Source of the DNA: Oculina patagonica
Taxonomy: Eukaryota
Length of the DNA stretch: 64,000 bases
NCBI RefSeq assembly: GCF_052425735.1
Contig: NC_135759.1
Span: forward strand, 26,412,001 to 26,476,000
Direction of reading: 5' to 3'
Shown in pieces: positions 1-12,432 of the stretch. The position numbers were made by a program, and so were the translations under genes. Position 1 is the first letter of the stretch. Every line of letters begins with the position of its first letter. The notes beneath the pieces are model-generated. The model was given only the letters and a program-made list of their open reading frames with translations. It made no database searches and was not told where the DNA came from.

Positions 1-3000
1 TCTCTTGGTTCTCCAAAAGCCCCTGGAAAGAACTTGAAACAGTGGGAACATCCTCTGTTGGCAGAATGGCCAAGAAATCCACAAAGTTTTCTTGCAGCAG
101 GGATGTCTGCAGCACAGCATAAAAGAGCAGCACGAGCCTCCACTGGGGTAGACGGACTATTGAAAGTGTTTACCTGAACACCTTCCCAAAGGGCTTTCAG
201 TTCATCAACTGCAGGCTCAAGAAAGTGGTTGAGACTCTTTGGTTCATGTGCAAGAGCAGGAACGATACCAACCAAAATAACATTTTCTTTCTTAAATCTA
301 ATGTTTCTTGGCAGATTCATCAAAACCATGTAAATTACACCAATGGAATAATCGCTACGATGTTTAAAAGGTTGAAACCAATCAACGTTCATCATCAGTC
401 CAAACGAACGTGGCAAGTTAAGAAATTCCTTTGTACCCTTCCAGTTGCCGAATTGTTTCCAAACCTTGCCATCGTAAACGTCTGCATACAAGTCATCATG
501 TATAGTTCTGGTTCTCCATTTCTCACACTGTTCCTCAAGTCCAGGACGTTTTAGTAAAGCCTCCAGTGAGTCAATAATGCTCTTAAAACAGTAAGTCTTC
601 AGGGCATAAAACTTTGTACTTCCATTCTTCAGAGTAACCTTCTGAGCAAGCTGTGATCCACAAACCCTAGGTCGTCTTGAGCGTGGGAATGCAACATGGT
701 TGCAAGTTCTTGCAACACTTTGACGACCGTTGTTGATCACTATGTCATCCATATGGTATAGCTTTGTGCACTTTGGACACACAACATATTTCTGAAAATT
801 ATCACAATCAATTTTGAGCAGCTTCCTAGCTGAATAAACAGTTTTTGGAACATTTGTGGCAAGAACCAAACACAAGTCTGAATGTTCCTGAATCAGCTGC
901 CCAACACACAAAAGGAACTGTTTCAAATATTTCAATAATTGCTCAACAGCATTGTCACTTATGTAGTTCTTGTATTGCCAAATCAATATAAAATACACAA
1001 GCCAAGTTAAAATGATCATGCTGCGCTGATAGTTAGTTTGATATGGAGAGGGTTCAGGTAGTTCCGAAGCCTCAGACTGTAGAACATCCTCTATGTCGCT
1101 CAGATCAGATTCCATGTAATCTGTACCCTCATCTTCATTATACTCGTTATCTTCTTCTGAACTGTGGTCAGTGTTATCATCCTCTGTAGTGAATAACACA
1201 TTTGGCTCCTAAAATAAACAATGGAGTCCAAGGTCAAAATGAATCAATATCAATAATAAATCAATAAATAAAAGCCAATTTGCAACAAGGCTACAGTGGC
1301 ACTCACACAGAGTTGCTGCTCAATTTACACAATAGTGAATAAAATAGTGCAGTGTGCTGCATTTTAAAAGGCCCAACTTAGTTAAATATTTCTAGGTCTA
1401 TTTATATTACAGAAACCTTTAGTGAAGCATTACTATAAATCCTTACAAATTGGATGGTGTACAGTAGTTCGCCATTTTTTTTAACTTGACTTAAAAAATC
1501 CTAGTCACAACCAGGTTATTTAAAATAAAACTAGTGATAAAGATACGTTAAGTAGTGCGACCATGTGTATTTTGTATAGAATTATCTTTTAAAAATGTTG
1601 TGAAATAAAAGAAACTACAGGAATGTGAATTTTAGAAATGAGTTATGTTTGATGTGAATTATTGTTTTTCAATCCGGTCAGTGTAAAATGCAGACTGCAG
1701 ACCAGGGGTAAAATACAGACCGAGGGTAAAGTAACAAAATGTGAGTCACAAAGCCATTTTTCCCTGCCAGCTAGCTGCTCCAAATTTCGAAGAAATGTAC
1801 GCCAGACAACGCTTCGTATGAGCTATCATGAAAATGAAGTGGTGATAAATGTCATACAAAATAGATAATTTGATCGAAAGCTATCAAATTAACTTTTTGA
1901 TACGTTTAAAAACCCGATTTAACTCATTTAACTGGACGGTTTAAGGATAATTTAGAAAAATAATTCTCTTTTATACCATGCCGACACAGCAAGGTCGCGT
2001 TCAGCGATCAAATTACTCCACCGCAAGAAGGAAAAATTTGGGGCAAAATTTGAGAGTTACCTGCCCTATGGGCAAGCTGGAATTCAAGTTTTTTCGAGCC
2101 CTCCAGGGGAAAAAAAATATTTGCAGCCCTGCATGTCATCATGTTTAACTGTACCTGTTGACCACCATTGTTGGATTCAGAGCCACTGCAATCATCTGTG
2201 AGATTTAAGAACAGAAAAAAGTAAGTTTTAATCACTATAGGACGCTGGCTTTATTACTTTAAAAATGGCTTAAAAGGTGTTAAAAAAAGAAAGTGTCTGG
2301 GCAAAGATCACCTTTATTCTAACAAGATACAATGTACAGTACCGCTCAAATGTAAGTTGACAGTCTCGACTTGATCCTCAAGACTCGATCCTTGCGTCCC
2401 GAAGCTCGAATCATTTGACTTTTGAGTCTCAAGAATCGAGTCTTAAGGATCGAGAAACAAGGCAACCTCAAATATTTATAACTAGAAAGGGCTTTCAAAG
2501 AAACGATTTATTACTTGAGGAGAGAATAAAAGCTGCTCAGGTATCATTTACAAGTATGTGTATCCCCCCACCACAAGTGCATGAAATATTAACCTCAACA
2601 TTTAACAGTACAATAAATTGAATCGTGCAAACCTTATTCAGTTTACTTGCCTTCAAATATTGACAAAAGGCGTCTGAGAAAGACGACGGATGACAAGTTT
2701 TAAGAATGAAATGGGTAGAAACCTTCTGCTGAGTCACCCAAATTAAAGTATGACGCACCGCTTGTGTATGTTTTCAATGATTATTTCAGACGCAAGTAAA
2801 TCTTGAGTTTCGGTAACATGAACTTCCGTAATGTAGAAGTCTCTACATGTATCTAAGTGGTCTTTGGTTTTGCTATGTGATTATTCAGCCCTCTCTTCTT
2901 GTAAAACACTTGAATGAAACAAAATAAGACATTTCATTCTAAACAGAGAGCAGAGTGTTCAAGTTAAAGTGAAGTTGTGTGACCGTGACAAAAGAGCCGG

Positions 3001-3508
3001 CTGGCCCGCATGGGTCAGGAACAATTCACCGACAAAAAAATGCCAGTCAGATTATGAACCGGCTGAACACAGTTAAAAATTGACCAATACTGCAAACCCA
3101 AACGTCCCCCTCTTACAGATATAAATAATGTTTAATGAACAATGTACCTGAATCACTCCCAGGGAGATCTGGTATACATGTAGCTGGCCCAAATGCAGTT
3201 TCACCTACAAAAAATTAATAAATACCAAAATCAATTTGCTATTATAAAAAAAAACACATGAAAAAGGGTTATTGTGCTTTCAGAATGTTTCAAGATTAAT
3301 TTTGGTGGATATAAATGTAATTCCACTAGAGTTGACTCTGCTGAACATGAATACTGTATTTACAAGTGTTGAAAACATCAAGATTAAGTATGCCTACAGT
3401 GAGAGTGATAAATGATCGTCGCAGTGAATTTCCAATTTCCATTTCAATTGACCTCGCTCCCAATGTGTGGCTTCAATAGCTCAGTTGGTAGAGCATCGCA
3501 CCGGTAAC

Positions 3509-3542
<34 letters not shown>

Positions 3543-3761
3543 TGAATTTTTTTTTCAGGCTTCTTTATTCCAATTGCTTAAATTGGAAATTCACTGCGAC
3601 GATCATTTATCACTCTCATATACATCCGCAGTTCATATATGAATCATTTCATATACATTACATCATTTCACTCCTCTCACGGGAAAATATGAACTCACAA
3701 TTGACCTCGCTCCCAATGTGTGGCTTCAATAGCTCAGTTGGTAGAGCATCGCACCGGTAAC

Positions 3762-3795
<34 letters not shown>

Positions 3796-5270
3796 TGAAT
3801 TTTTTTCAGGCTTCTTTATTCCAATTGCTTAAATTGGAAATTCACTGCGACGATCATTTATCACTCTCATATACATCCACAGTTCATATATGAATCATTT
3901 CATATACATTACATCATTATGCCTACAGTGTTGAAAATAGCAGCTGGCTGCCGGCTTTACATGTAGCTAGCACTCTGACCACACTTGCCGGCGACTTTTC
4001 ATAAAGAAATAGAAAATATCATGTTTTGACTGGCCTACTAAAATCAAAGTTGCTTTAATGTTGCAGCAAACATTTATGCTACCGACAAATAATGCAGTCA
4101 AGAAAAACTTTGAAAGCTCTGTGGATAGAAAAATAAATTGCTTATCTGTCAGACCACTGTGTTACTGTCTTGATGTTTCTGCAGGCAAGCAAGATTAATT
4201 TTTTGCCCAAAAATTATCTTGCTTATAGTTCTGGTTTAGATAAAAGCACCTTTTGCATTCATACAGTATTCTTGGACAGAACAGATTTTCCATGCTTGTA
4301 AGTGAAGAAGCATGACATGTCTGTTTAGACAAAAATGTACAGATTTCATGATTGAAATTGAAAAAAAAAAACACCTGAAAAACATGTAATTAAGATGACA
4401 AGTCTGATGCTTACACTATCTTAGCAAGTCACCGCATGCTGTATGGTGCGTTTTTTAACGGTTTTACAAGGAAGAAAGTGCTGCAAAGATTAATTTCAAG
4501 TCAAATATTTTGTTCCAAATCCCAAAATAAACGATAACTTTCGAAAACTTGTCAGATTCTTATCGAAAGCCATAGAGAAAGAGAAAGTAGTAAGTTACCG
4601 TGGTGTAGAAATTGCATAAAAACAAATTCGTATTAGAAACAATTTTTGTTGCTTCCTAAACCCTACTCTACCCCCCCCCCCACCCCCCCACCCCCCTCCA
4701 CAACAACCTACAACAGAAAACTCTTGTTCCCCGGCTACATTTTTCATTTCCCCAGCTACTTAAAAAATTAGTGACAGCCCTGGGCTGCCGGGAATCTAGG
4801 GTTTTTTTTTTTTAATAAAAACACTTCGCAAGTTCCCGGATGCTGGGTAACTAGACACAACACTAATGTTAAGTTTCTAGAAGCAAGCATAAGTAAATTC
4901 AGCTTTAGTCTTAAAAGCAAAATGACCTCAAAATTCTGCCTGCATGCTGGAGAGGACGCTTTGTGACACTTACATAACGACAAGGTGGAGGTTATCCAAG
5001 GTGTACTGTATAAATAAACATGCGAGCGATACCTGACGTACCTTCGAATTCACTTTCACTTTCACTTGAACTTGATCCAGGAACGTCAACTGGAACAGAC
5101 GATCTTTTTAAATCTTCGACTGTCTTCCAGTTATCGAGGCTTGAGTTGTAATAAAGCCTGCGATGAAGATGATACTGCGAGTGGCTGAGCAGTTGTTGGC
5201 AGTGACCACACCGCTGCCTACTCCTTTCACGCGTCTTCTTGCGATCCGACTGCATACTTTTCCTTTTCAT
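1..5270 (-). CDS. CACTA/EnSpm DDE transposase (Tnp2/Transposase_21-like), 3'-partial at window edge
   Basis: Exons 5270-5042, 3204-3148, 2195-2155 and 1208-<1, all GT-AG and phase-compatible, with no stop. N-terminal CGHC..H zinc-binding motif and acidic linker, then YVVCPKC, DVYDGKVWK, MNVDWFQPF (1st catalytic D), NLPRNIRFKKENVILVGIVP, AADIPAARKLCGFLGHSANRGCSHC (2nd D plus CxxC). The ORF track misses it because it has no stop inside the window. Confidence 0.9.
3469..3542 (+). tRNA. tRNA-Thr(GGT)-like sequence, copy 1 (probably repeat-derived pseudo-tRNA)
   Basis: Acceptor stem GGCTTCA/TGAAGCC, A-box TAGCTCAGTTGGTAGAGC, B-box GGTTCGAATCC, loop CCGGTAA, oligo-T terminator downstream. The anticodon stem is imperfect and position 33 is C rather than U. 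Confidence 0.5.
3722..3795 (+). tRNA. tRNA-Thr(GGT)-like sequence, copy 2 (identical to copy 1)
   Basis: Same cloverleaf sequence 253 bp downstream, followed by an oligo-T run. Confidence 0.5.
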
Positions 5271-5603
5271 TTTAAGGTTCTTTTCTGCTCGACAAGTAGA
5301 CTGTAGACAGTTCTTTGAGTACACCAATAAAGAAATAAATATATCCGGAAACGAAGCAAATACTGAGACGTGTGACTTTTGACTTTTGAGATGTGAAATA
5401 ACTGCGCAGTTGTTGTTGCGCATGTCGTTGAGCATGAGTCTGACCGGTCACTGACCGGTTGCCACTGACAACAAATTAGTCAGCGTCATTCGCCAGAAGG
5501 CGGGAAATTTGCAAAGAAAGTTGTCGAGGACGCACGGTACACGGTACGGAACGAAGAGCTATCAGTTGCCGACAGTTTGTTCTTTTGCGACTATTATTTT
5601 GTC

Positions 5604-8600
5604 ATGGATTCATCGAACGCGGAAAATGAAGAGATCAGAGTTTTAGATGCCGAAACTCCAAGAGCTGCACCAAGAGATATCGTCCCGGCTTCAGAGAGTG
5701 ATAGTGATCTTGTGAGAAAACTACTGGCTGAGGTTTCGAAGATTCGCGAGGAAAATCAGCAGATGAAAAAGGAGTTAGAAAATATAAAGACAAAAGAAAA
5801 AGGAAAGTCCAAGAGATCGAGAGACAACGATCCTGAGTGCTCGGTAAGCAGTTATTTTCATTCGTATTTGATTTGACTCATATTTGAATTTACCGCTTGA
5901 CGAACGAACAAAGAGTGGGAAGATTAATGGCGGTTTATCACACGTGTGACAATTGTGATTCAAGATTGATGTTCAGATAGTTTAGACCATCATCCGAGAG
6001 AAGCCACTAATACGTGCCAAAAAAATGTCGAAGCACCTGAAGAAGTACGATGTTTGTGCACTAAATGGTATTTTATTGGTGCGACCAAAACGATAAACGT
6101 CAGAGCGCGCGAGTTTATTTGTTGTCTTTGTTCAAATCAGGCGTGCGTTAAATTGGAGTGGACAGGGACTCGAAGCCACTTCGGTCCCTGTCCACTTCTG
6201 TATTTTGATTCTTCAATTTCTATCAAATAGATGAAATAGCGTGTTGTTTAACTCCCAAAATCAGCCCTTTAGGTAATATCATTTTGAAGTTTCATTGGTA
6301 AGCATTCTGCAAACAAATAGCTTGTCGGGCCCCATAGTGACTGTGCCGCCGGGCCCAAACTGGATTGGAAGGCAGGGTTTGAGAAAAGTGCGCCAGGCTA
6401 GGACTAGAAGAATGGAAAATACAGGGCAATTTAAGCTCTTAATTTAGTGTTTAAATCGTTCTCGCAATTGTGTATCCGCGGTAGTTTGAATTACTTTCCA
6501 TTATAACGGAACGAGTTCTGTTCCAGAATGAAGTTTGTTTTGCATTTATATGGCGACCGACCCAGCATTTGCTATCCCGTGCCTTTTTTCGCGCCCGATT
6601 CAAAACAAGGATGGCGCCATTCTCGTACCTCGACTCCGGTTCATTCCTTACTGCGCAAGCTTTACGAAATGTTCGAGCAACTCGAGCTCTCAAATGTTTT
6701 ATTGCAAGATCGAATTTGATCGGTTTTGAAAACGATAAAAATGGCCGGCAGAAAAACACCAGTGAGCTCGTTGAGCCATTCGTTTGAAAGCTTGGCATGC
6801 GCAAATCAACCGGTCATAAAAGGTATTTTCGGACTTCAAATTGGAACTTTCCATTAACATTTTCGACTCCAGAGCACTTCTCTTTTATGCATGACTGTCG
6901 TCGTCAGTCACGCGCATAAGTAAAGAGCTCTAGGGTCTAGCTTTTGCGCAGTAAGGAACAAAGACTCTAGATACGAAAATGAAGTGGCGCGAGTTTCGCG
7001 TTAATTACGAATGCCCTAGCCTGAATTTCAGACAGGCTACCAATGCGCCATGTCCTAAAAACACGGTTTGCGGTTTAAAAATCTCGGAAAAGAGTTCGTT
7101 TTTATTTTACATAATGAGAGAGTGAGAAGTCATACCGCCATACAAAAATGTCATCAGTTTGAAGTGAAAACCGGAATGACTGAAATTAGCTTTGTATATC
7201 TTCTATTATTCAAGTTTGTTTTTATACTGTATCCTTTTCCTTTTTTTTGTTTAAAACCATAAAATAAAGAATGCCGTCAGGAACGTCTACAAAGAACTAA
7301 AAAAGCAACAGGAACAAGAGGAGGACGGGGAAAATAGGCCAGCGTTTGATTTCAGTGTCAGGTAAACCACAAATATATTATTTGATACAGTACTGCAGTT
7401 AATTTTATACTCAAAATAAATGTGAATTAAACTCTGCGCTGTTGCGATGCACATGTACATGTATGGAAAATAACATTGTATTTTTCAAAACGTAGTCAGT
7501 TGTCGGGACTTTTAAGAAATTGTCCCAGGGCCCTAGCATGTTTTGGGACAATAAGGTAACTGTTTCTTTTCTCGCGTCGAAGTTGAATTCTTTTTTAACC
7601 AATTCTAGGCATGTGAATGTATACTTAAGTTATTCTGGACTCTTTCACGTTCCCTAGTTCAGCCCATTTGTGAGGCAGGAAGGGAGAGTTGAGGGATGTT
7701 TCATTCGATTCAACAAAACTCAACAACGGTTCTATTGACAGTCATTTCAAAGTTTCTCTCCTTTTTTCTCTATTTTTAATGTTGCCCTTTATCTCTGTTG
7801 TTCTTGTAGCTTCCACAGTTCATCAAATCAAGCCATGGCCAAGAAAATCTTAACTGAAGTGCGCGCGGTGCACGGCAAGAAAAAATGGAAGAAGTCCACC
7901 ATTAAAGGTAAGCCTTGCTCGTAAACTTTTTACAAGAGCAGCGAAACCTCCTTTGTAAGTGGTAGGAGAAATCGACCCTCTCGAGAAGGTCAAAATAAAG
8001 TCATTATTTAAGAGAAAAGGGGACTCTGTGTATGCTTACAGCCTTTTGGAAAAACTTAATCCCGAATTGTCAATCAACAGTTAGTAATTCCCGAGAAAGC
8101 TTCTGTAATAAAACCTAAATGTGTGCGTACCAAAAGTTTATTCTGTTGACATTTATTCAAGAAGGGTTTTGAGTGGCTAAAGGTTGTGTTTAAAGGATAA
8201 AAAGAGAAACATCATACATGTAACAGTTTGCTTAAAAAGTCGTTTCAATAAACCTTATCACGGTTTTCGACGCCAGCAAAGCGGAAAGAAAGTACAGTGT
8301 TTGTATGGGAATCCGACGGCAAATATCTTGTACAAAAATTGAAATCCGGACAACTCATCATGAGTTGTAAAGTTAAGATACTGGGTAAAAGATTTTATTT
8401 GCCGAGTTTGAAGGATGCAGCTGGGCTAGAAAGCATTTAGTTACGTTTTTAATTTCCCATACCCCAATTTGTCTATATTTTTCCCGGCCCGCGAACCGCG
8501 TAAATTGCGGGAAAAAAATACAGACAAATGCATGGAAACATTAAAAACGTAACTGAACTCTTTCTAGCCCAGCTACATCCTTAATTCGAACTCGGCAAAT

Positions 8601-9665
8601 AATAACTTTTGCCTAGTATCTTAACTTTACAATTCATAAGTTGTCATAAGATACATGCCGCCGGATTCCCATACAAACACTGTAATTTCTACCCGCTTTG
8701 CCTACTCGTCGAACTGAAAACTGCCAACACACTAAGTACATGCATGTGTCGAAAAATGACAAAAAGGATTTGGTCGGTAGGAAGTTTTTATTTGCAGTGA
8801 TTTCTACCAGTTCGTATAAATAAGATAGCATGTTGACTAACATATATTATGTTTTCATTTTCAACTAGCTGCTGTTCATCAACACTGGAGGTCATTAAGG
8901 GACGATGGCACGAGGAAAACCAAAAATAGCTTTGAGAAGCACCGAAAGCAAGTCAAGCGAAGTAATCGTCTAAAGAGGGTAAGTACTACGCATATACCTA
9001 TATTTTTTATCATATTTCCAGTCTGTTTGCTATTTTTTTGGTTTTAATTCGGACAATTAACAGTAAATTCATAACCATCTTCCATGAATAAAAATACGCT
9101 GCATAACACGCTCAAGTACGCTGTTGCTCAATGCTATTATATCAGTGCAGTATTTTATTTTCTTCACTAAATTTACTTCTTAGGCAGATTTTTTTTTATT
9201 TTGTAAAAAATGTTTCTGAAAGTCATGGCATCTTTAGGCACGAAAAAGACATCTTGGTAGTATATAATCTGAAATTTTTTTTGACTTATCTCCTTCGTTT
9301 GTTTCCTTCAGAAACTCTCTCGACGACTTTCTTGTTTGGAAAAGACAACTGTACTTTCAAAAGAGGACAAGAAAAAAGCACGAGAAATTCTGTCCTCTCC
9401 AGACGCCATGAGTTTTATGTCATCTGAAGAAAGCTGCGAGGAAGACGCTGTGGAACGAAGGAGTGGCCCCAAACCACGAAAGATTAGAAGCTTATCATGG
9501 GAGAAAAGTAAATTGAGGAACATTAAAGCGAAACTTGATGAAGCGCATTTTGCTGGTCTAAGTGAAAGGCAACGTCGGACAAGTGCCCGTGTCACTCGTA
9601 GTGAAGAGGAATCAGCTCGTCCTCAGCCAAGTAAAGGACCTAGTTGGGCAGTTCGCAGGGAATGA
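5604..9665 (+). CDS. Transposon accessory protein, 297 aa, C14orf93/DUF4616-like (coiled coil + basic region + MSSEES motif)
   Basis: Exons 5604-5843, 7270-7361, 7810-7907, 8869-8978 and 9312-9665 join in frame (894 nt). Motifs: HWRSLRD, KRSNRLKRKLSRR, FMSSEES, RSLSWEKSKL, SARPQP..PSWAV. Family resemblance is recalled, not searched. The exon-2 acceptor (AATAAAG) is weak. Confidence 0.72.
8395..8602. repeat. Long imperfect inverted repeat (fold-back/MITE) in accessory-gene intron
   Basis: TTATTTGCCGAGTT..GGATGCAGCTGGGCTAGAAAG..AGTTACGTTTTTAAT is mirrored by ATTAAAAACGTAACT..CTTTCTAGCCCAGCTACATCC..AACTCGGCAAATAA. Confidence 0.7.
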
Positions 9666-10039
9666 TACGAACGTTATGCACTGAGCAGTTGAAAAAGCAT
9701 GGTTATCTGACCGGTGTTGAATAATTTTCTGACATGTTACGTTCAAACGAAGAGCTAAAATCGTTTCAAATAATTACAATTATTATTATGTATCAAGGGT
9801 CGATTGTAAAACCAGAATATTGATTAAATTGAGCTGTGATGAAAATCTTACTTGTATTTGTGTGATTTTATAAAGTGGGGAATGGATTTGGCACACCGAC
9901 GGTACAAGTAAAAGTATGGCATGGGTGATAATTTTAACAGAGCAATTAAAACAAATTATTTACCAATCAAGCCCGTTATTGAGAAGGGAAGAATATGGAG
10001 TGCTAAAAAACAGTCAAAAATCAAACGTTTCCAACACGA

Positions 10040-10494
10040 AAACGCTTATTTCCGTCCAGTATTGAGCCTGATTACGTCAACGGAAACAAGAAAAAATAAC
10101 ATGTTTCCGGAACATTACCTGGTATTTCCGTCCTGTTTACGTCGACGGAAACCAGCAAATCATATTTCCGGAACGTTATCCCGTGATTCCGTCAACCTTT
10201 AAGTCTGTATACGTCGACGGAAACATGAAAAAAAGATATTTCCGGAACGTAATCGCGTGTTTCCGCAAAGGTAACCATGAGGTTCCGCTTGCGGAAACCG
10301 TTGTTTCCTTCAGCTGAAACTTGACGGAAACATGTAAAAAAGTGGTACGGTTCCGCTGTGACCGCAGCAACGGAAACACGAGTAAACGCCACGAAACCGC
10401 AGACGGAAACACGAGTTGTCCGTCATGTTTCCGCAACGGTGACACATGATTCCGCAACGTTTCCGTTTACGGAATCTTGGTATTTCGTCCTGTG
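10040..10494. repeat. CACTA subterminal repeat array and terminal inverted repeat
   Basis: More than 15 copies of CGGAAAC or (G/T)TTTCCG variants in both orientations, ending at CCTGTG. Confidence 0.85.
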
Positions 10495-10636
10495 AAAACA
10501 TACAACTATTGTAATTTTTAAAGCCTTTAAGAAGTCAGAAGTAATTGTGTGTTTTTTATAATTTGCTTAAACTGTCTATAAGAATAATCTATCTTCTTTA
10601 TTCTCATCTCTTAATTGATTATTCCACAAAATATAT

Positions 10637-11341
10637 TTACTTTTTATGTCGATATGAAAAATTTGAGCTCGAACCCCACCCTCCCCTGTAATCGTGGTCG
10701 CTTAAATTATCCGACATTGCGGGAATTTTAACAACCAATGTCCTCCTTTTAAGCCTCGAACTCGGCTTCAACTTTTCAGAATTGCAATTTCCATCACAAA
10801 TACTGCAATTTCCATATGGACCCAGTTTGCAGTTCGTTCTGTAAACAGGCGATTTCGCTCGTTTAAGATATTCCGCTTCCAGCTTCGATGCCGTGTGAAC
10901 GATTTCGTCAACTTTCAGTGCTTTTTGCCTCGTGGGTTTAAAGCTCGTAGAGTTTGCATTATCTCTCGCTATTTCTTTCAGACGTTGATCGTAGCCATCC
11001 CTTGAAGGTGGCGGTGTAAAGGAGTATCTATTTTTCAAATGTAAAGCTTCTCCGCAGATCTTATGTTGCAAAACGCAGAAGCAATCCTTCGTTACCAAGT
11101 AATCTTCCATTTCATCAACTTCAGGTGAAAGTTTTGTATCGCCAAGTCGTCGAGTTTGATGTAAGCGAGGGCTTGACTTCGGCAGTTTTCCTCTTAACTT
11201 TTCGTCGATTCCTTTCTTGAAGTTGGGTAAATCGCCAAGACTTTTGCTTAACTGTTTCATTGCGGTTTTCCGCATAACACATTCTTGGTCAGCTTCGCTT
11301 TGCTTCAAAATCTTCTTGCGTGCTGCACGAGTTCTATACAT
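10637..11341 (-). CDS. Intronless orphan ORF A (~234 aa from first ATG), basic
   Basis: Long open frame in AT-rich DNA, K/R-rich. Contains CSICDGNC and near-terminal RRTLVVKIP. No recognised domain. The frame stays open ~50 codons upstream of the ATG, so the start is uncertain. Confidence 0.6.
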   Translation of the reverse strand: MYRTRAARKKILKQSEADQECVMRKTAMKQLSKSLGDLPNFKKGIDEKLRGKLPKSSPRLHQTRRLGDTKLSPEVDEMEDYLVTKDCFCVLQHKICGEALHLKNRYSFTPPPSRDGYDQRLKEIARDNANSTSFKPTRQKALKVDEIVHTASKLEAEYLKRAKSPVYRTNCKLGPYGNCSICDGNCNSEKLKPSSRLKRRTLVVKIPAMSDNLSDHDYRGGWGSSSNFSYRHKK

Positions 11342-12417
11342 AACAGTCGTCCCGACAACGCAGCTCAAAGATTTCTTCCTTGTATAGTGAGGTGTCTGAA
11401 CGAATATTGCATCAATAACTTGGATTAATTGCAGCTGCCACGATCTTAAATGTAGATAGAATATTATACTGAATATTAAACTAGTGCTTTCCTTTTTTCA
11501 GCCAAGACCTGGTGGCGACGATATAATGTTTTCTATCCAAACGCATTGTTTTTCATCAGTGGTGTTTTGATAAATCTTTCTGTTATCGTGCTGTTTCGAT
11601 CTCACTCGAAGCCGAATTTGTATAATAATTATCTGCAGCAAATTACAAAATCTAAACTTCAAGGAAATTTGCATTGGGTAAACATGACGGCTCAAAATGA
11701 GACATGTTCTTCAAAGGCGGCAATAATTTGAATCTAAAAAAAAGAAATTAGATCGAATATGTAAACAAATCGACTCTAGAGGCTCCATGTCAATTAAGTG
11801 GGAGTCTTTTAACAGTGGCATATTGCAATACGAACAAAAGGCAAGTACATGTGTCTATCTGCATAACAAAGCAGATTTCCTGGCTTAATTCTCTAAAAGA
11901 CGCGAGACGAATCTGTACTAAAAATAATAGAAACCACGTCGCGTTAATTACGTACATTAATTGCGGTTAATTTTCTCTTCAGTAAACATTGCGGCTTCGC
12001 TAATCAGATAAGGAGATTAAGGTCGACAAAAATCTTCGTTTAAATTGCAATCAAGGCAAACTTGTACAAATGGTCGAGTGTCTGAGATCAAAATCCAGGC
12101 GGTTGAAGATTTGTGTGGATTAATGTCAGCGATGTGTTTACAATCAATGTACACAACTAAACACAATAGGAGGCATTTGAACTGCTGACTATTTTTAAAT
12201 TGGCCTGTGAAAAACACGCCGTCTTGCTTCGAGCTCCTTTATATACAGACGCGCGAGTGAAACGCTGTTTTCCTCCCACTGAACGAAAAACTTTGTATTC
12301 ACAGACATATATATAAATACATAGCTCCTATGTAATGCAAAATAAAAATAAACCCCGCATAACAACGTACAGCAATCAGTTCCTGTCAGATATATCATAG
12401 TGGATCTCTGAAATTCA

Positions 12418-12432
12418 GTTGCCCATAGCAAC
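12418..12432. promoter_or_regulatory. RFX X-box-like palindrome
   Basis: GTTGCCCATAGCAAC, ~1.1 kb upstream of ORF A. Confidence 0.35.

Larger units (their letters stand above)
3402..3917 (+). mobile_element. tRNA-derived tandem non-autonomous retroelement (SINE/Penelope-like architecture)
   Basis: Two near-identical 253-bp-period units, each with a tRNA-like head. The first ~37 bp are an inverted copy of the unit's internal sequence. Flanked by a 13-bp direct repeat TATGCCTACAGTG (3389-3401 and 3918-3930). Confidence 0.8.
1..10494 (-). mobile_element. CACTA/EnSpm (CMC) DNA transposon, one end; the other end lies left of the window
   Basis: Contains a Transposase_21/Tnp2-type gene. Dense CGGAAAC/GTTTCCG subterminal repeats at ~10040-10475 end in ...TATTTCGTCCTGTG at 10494, i.e. 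a 5'-CACAGG terminus on the minus strand, as in animal EnSpm elements. Confidence 0.85.

Noticed and set aside
225-554. Plus-strand 109-aa ORF
   Set aside because: Antisense shadow of the transposase exon.
3467-3760. 97-aa ORF over the tRNA-like repeats
   Set aside because: Chance translation of the tRNA-derived repeat.
3469-3795. Bona fide tRNA-Thr gene pair or bacterial contamination
   Set aside because: Embedded in a TSD-flanked tandem insertion within a spliceosomal intron, with an imperfect anticodon arm. Kept only as tRNA-like.
10040-10494. Short repeats with variable spacers resembling a CRISPR array or iterons
   Set aside because: Units are ~7 bp, in both orientations, irregularly spaced and end at a CACAG terminus. 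They are transposon subterminal repeats, and there are no cas genes.
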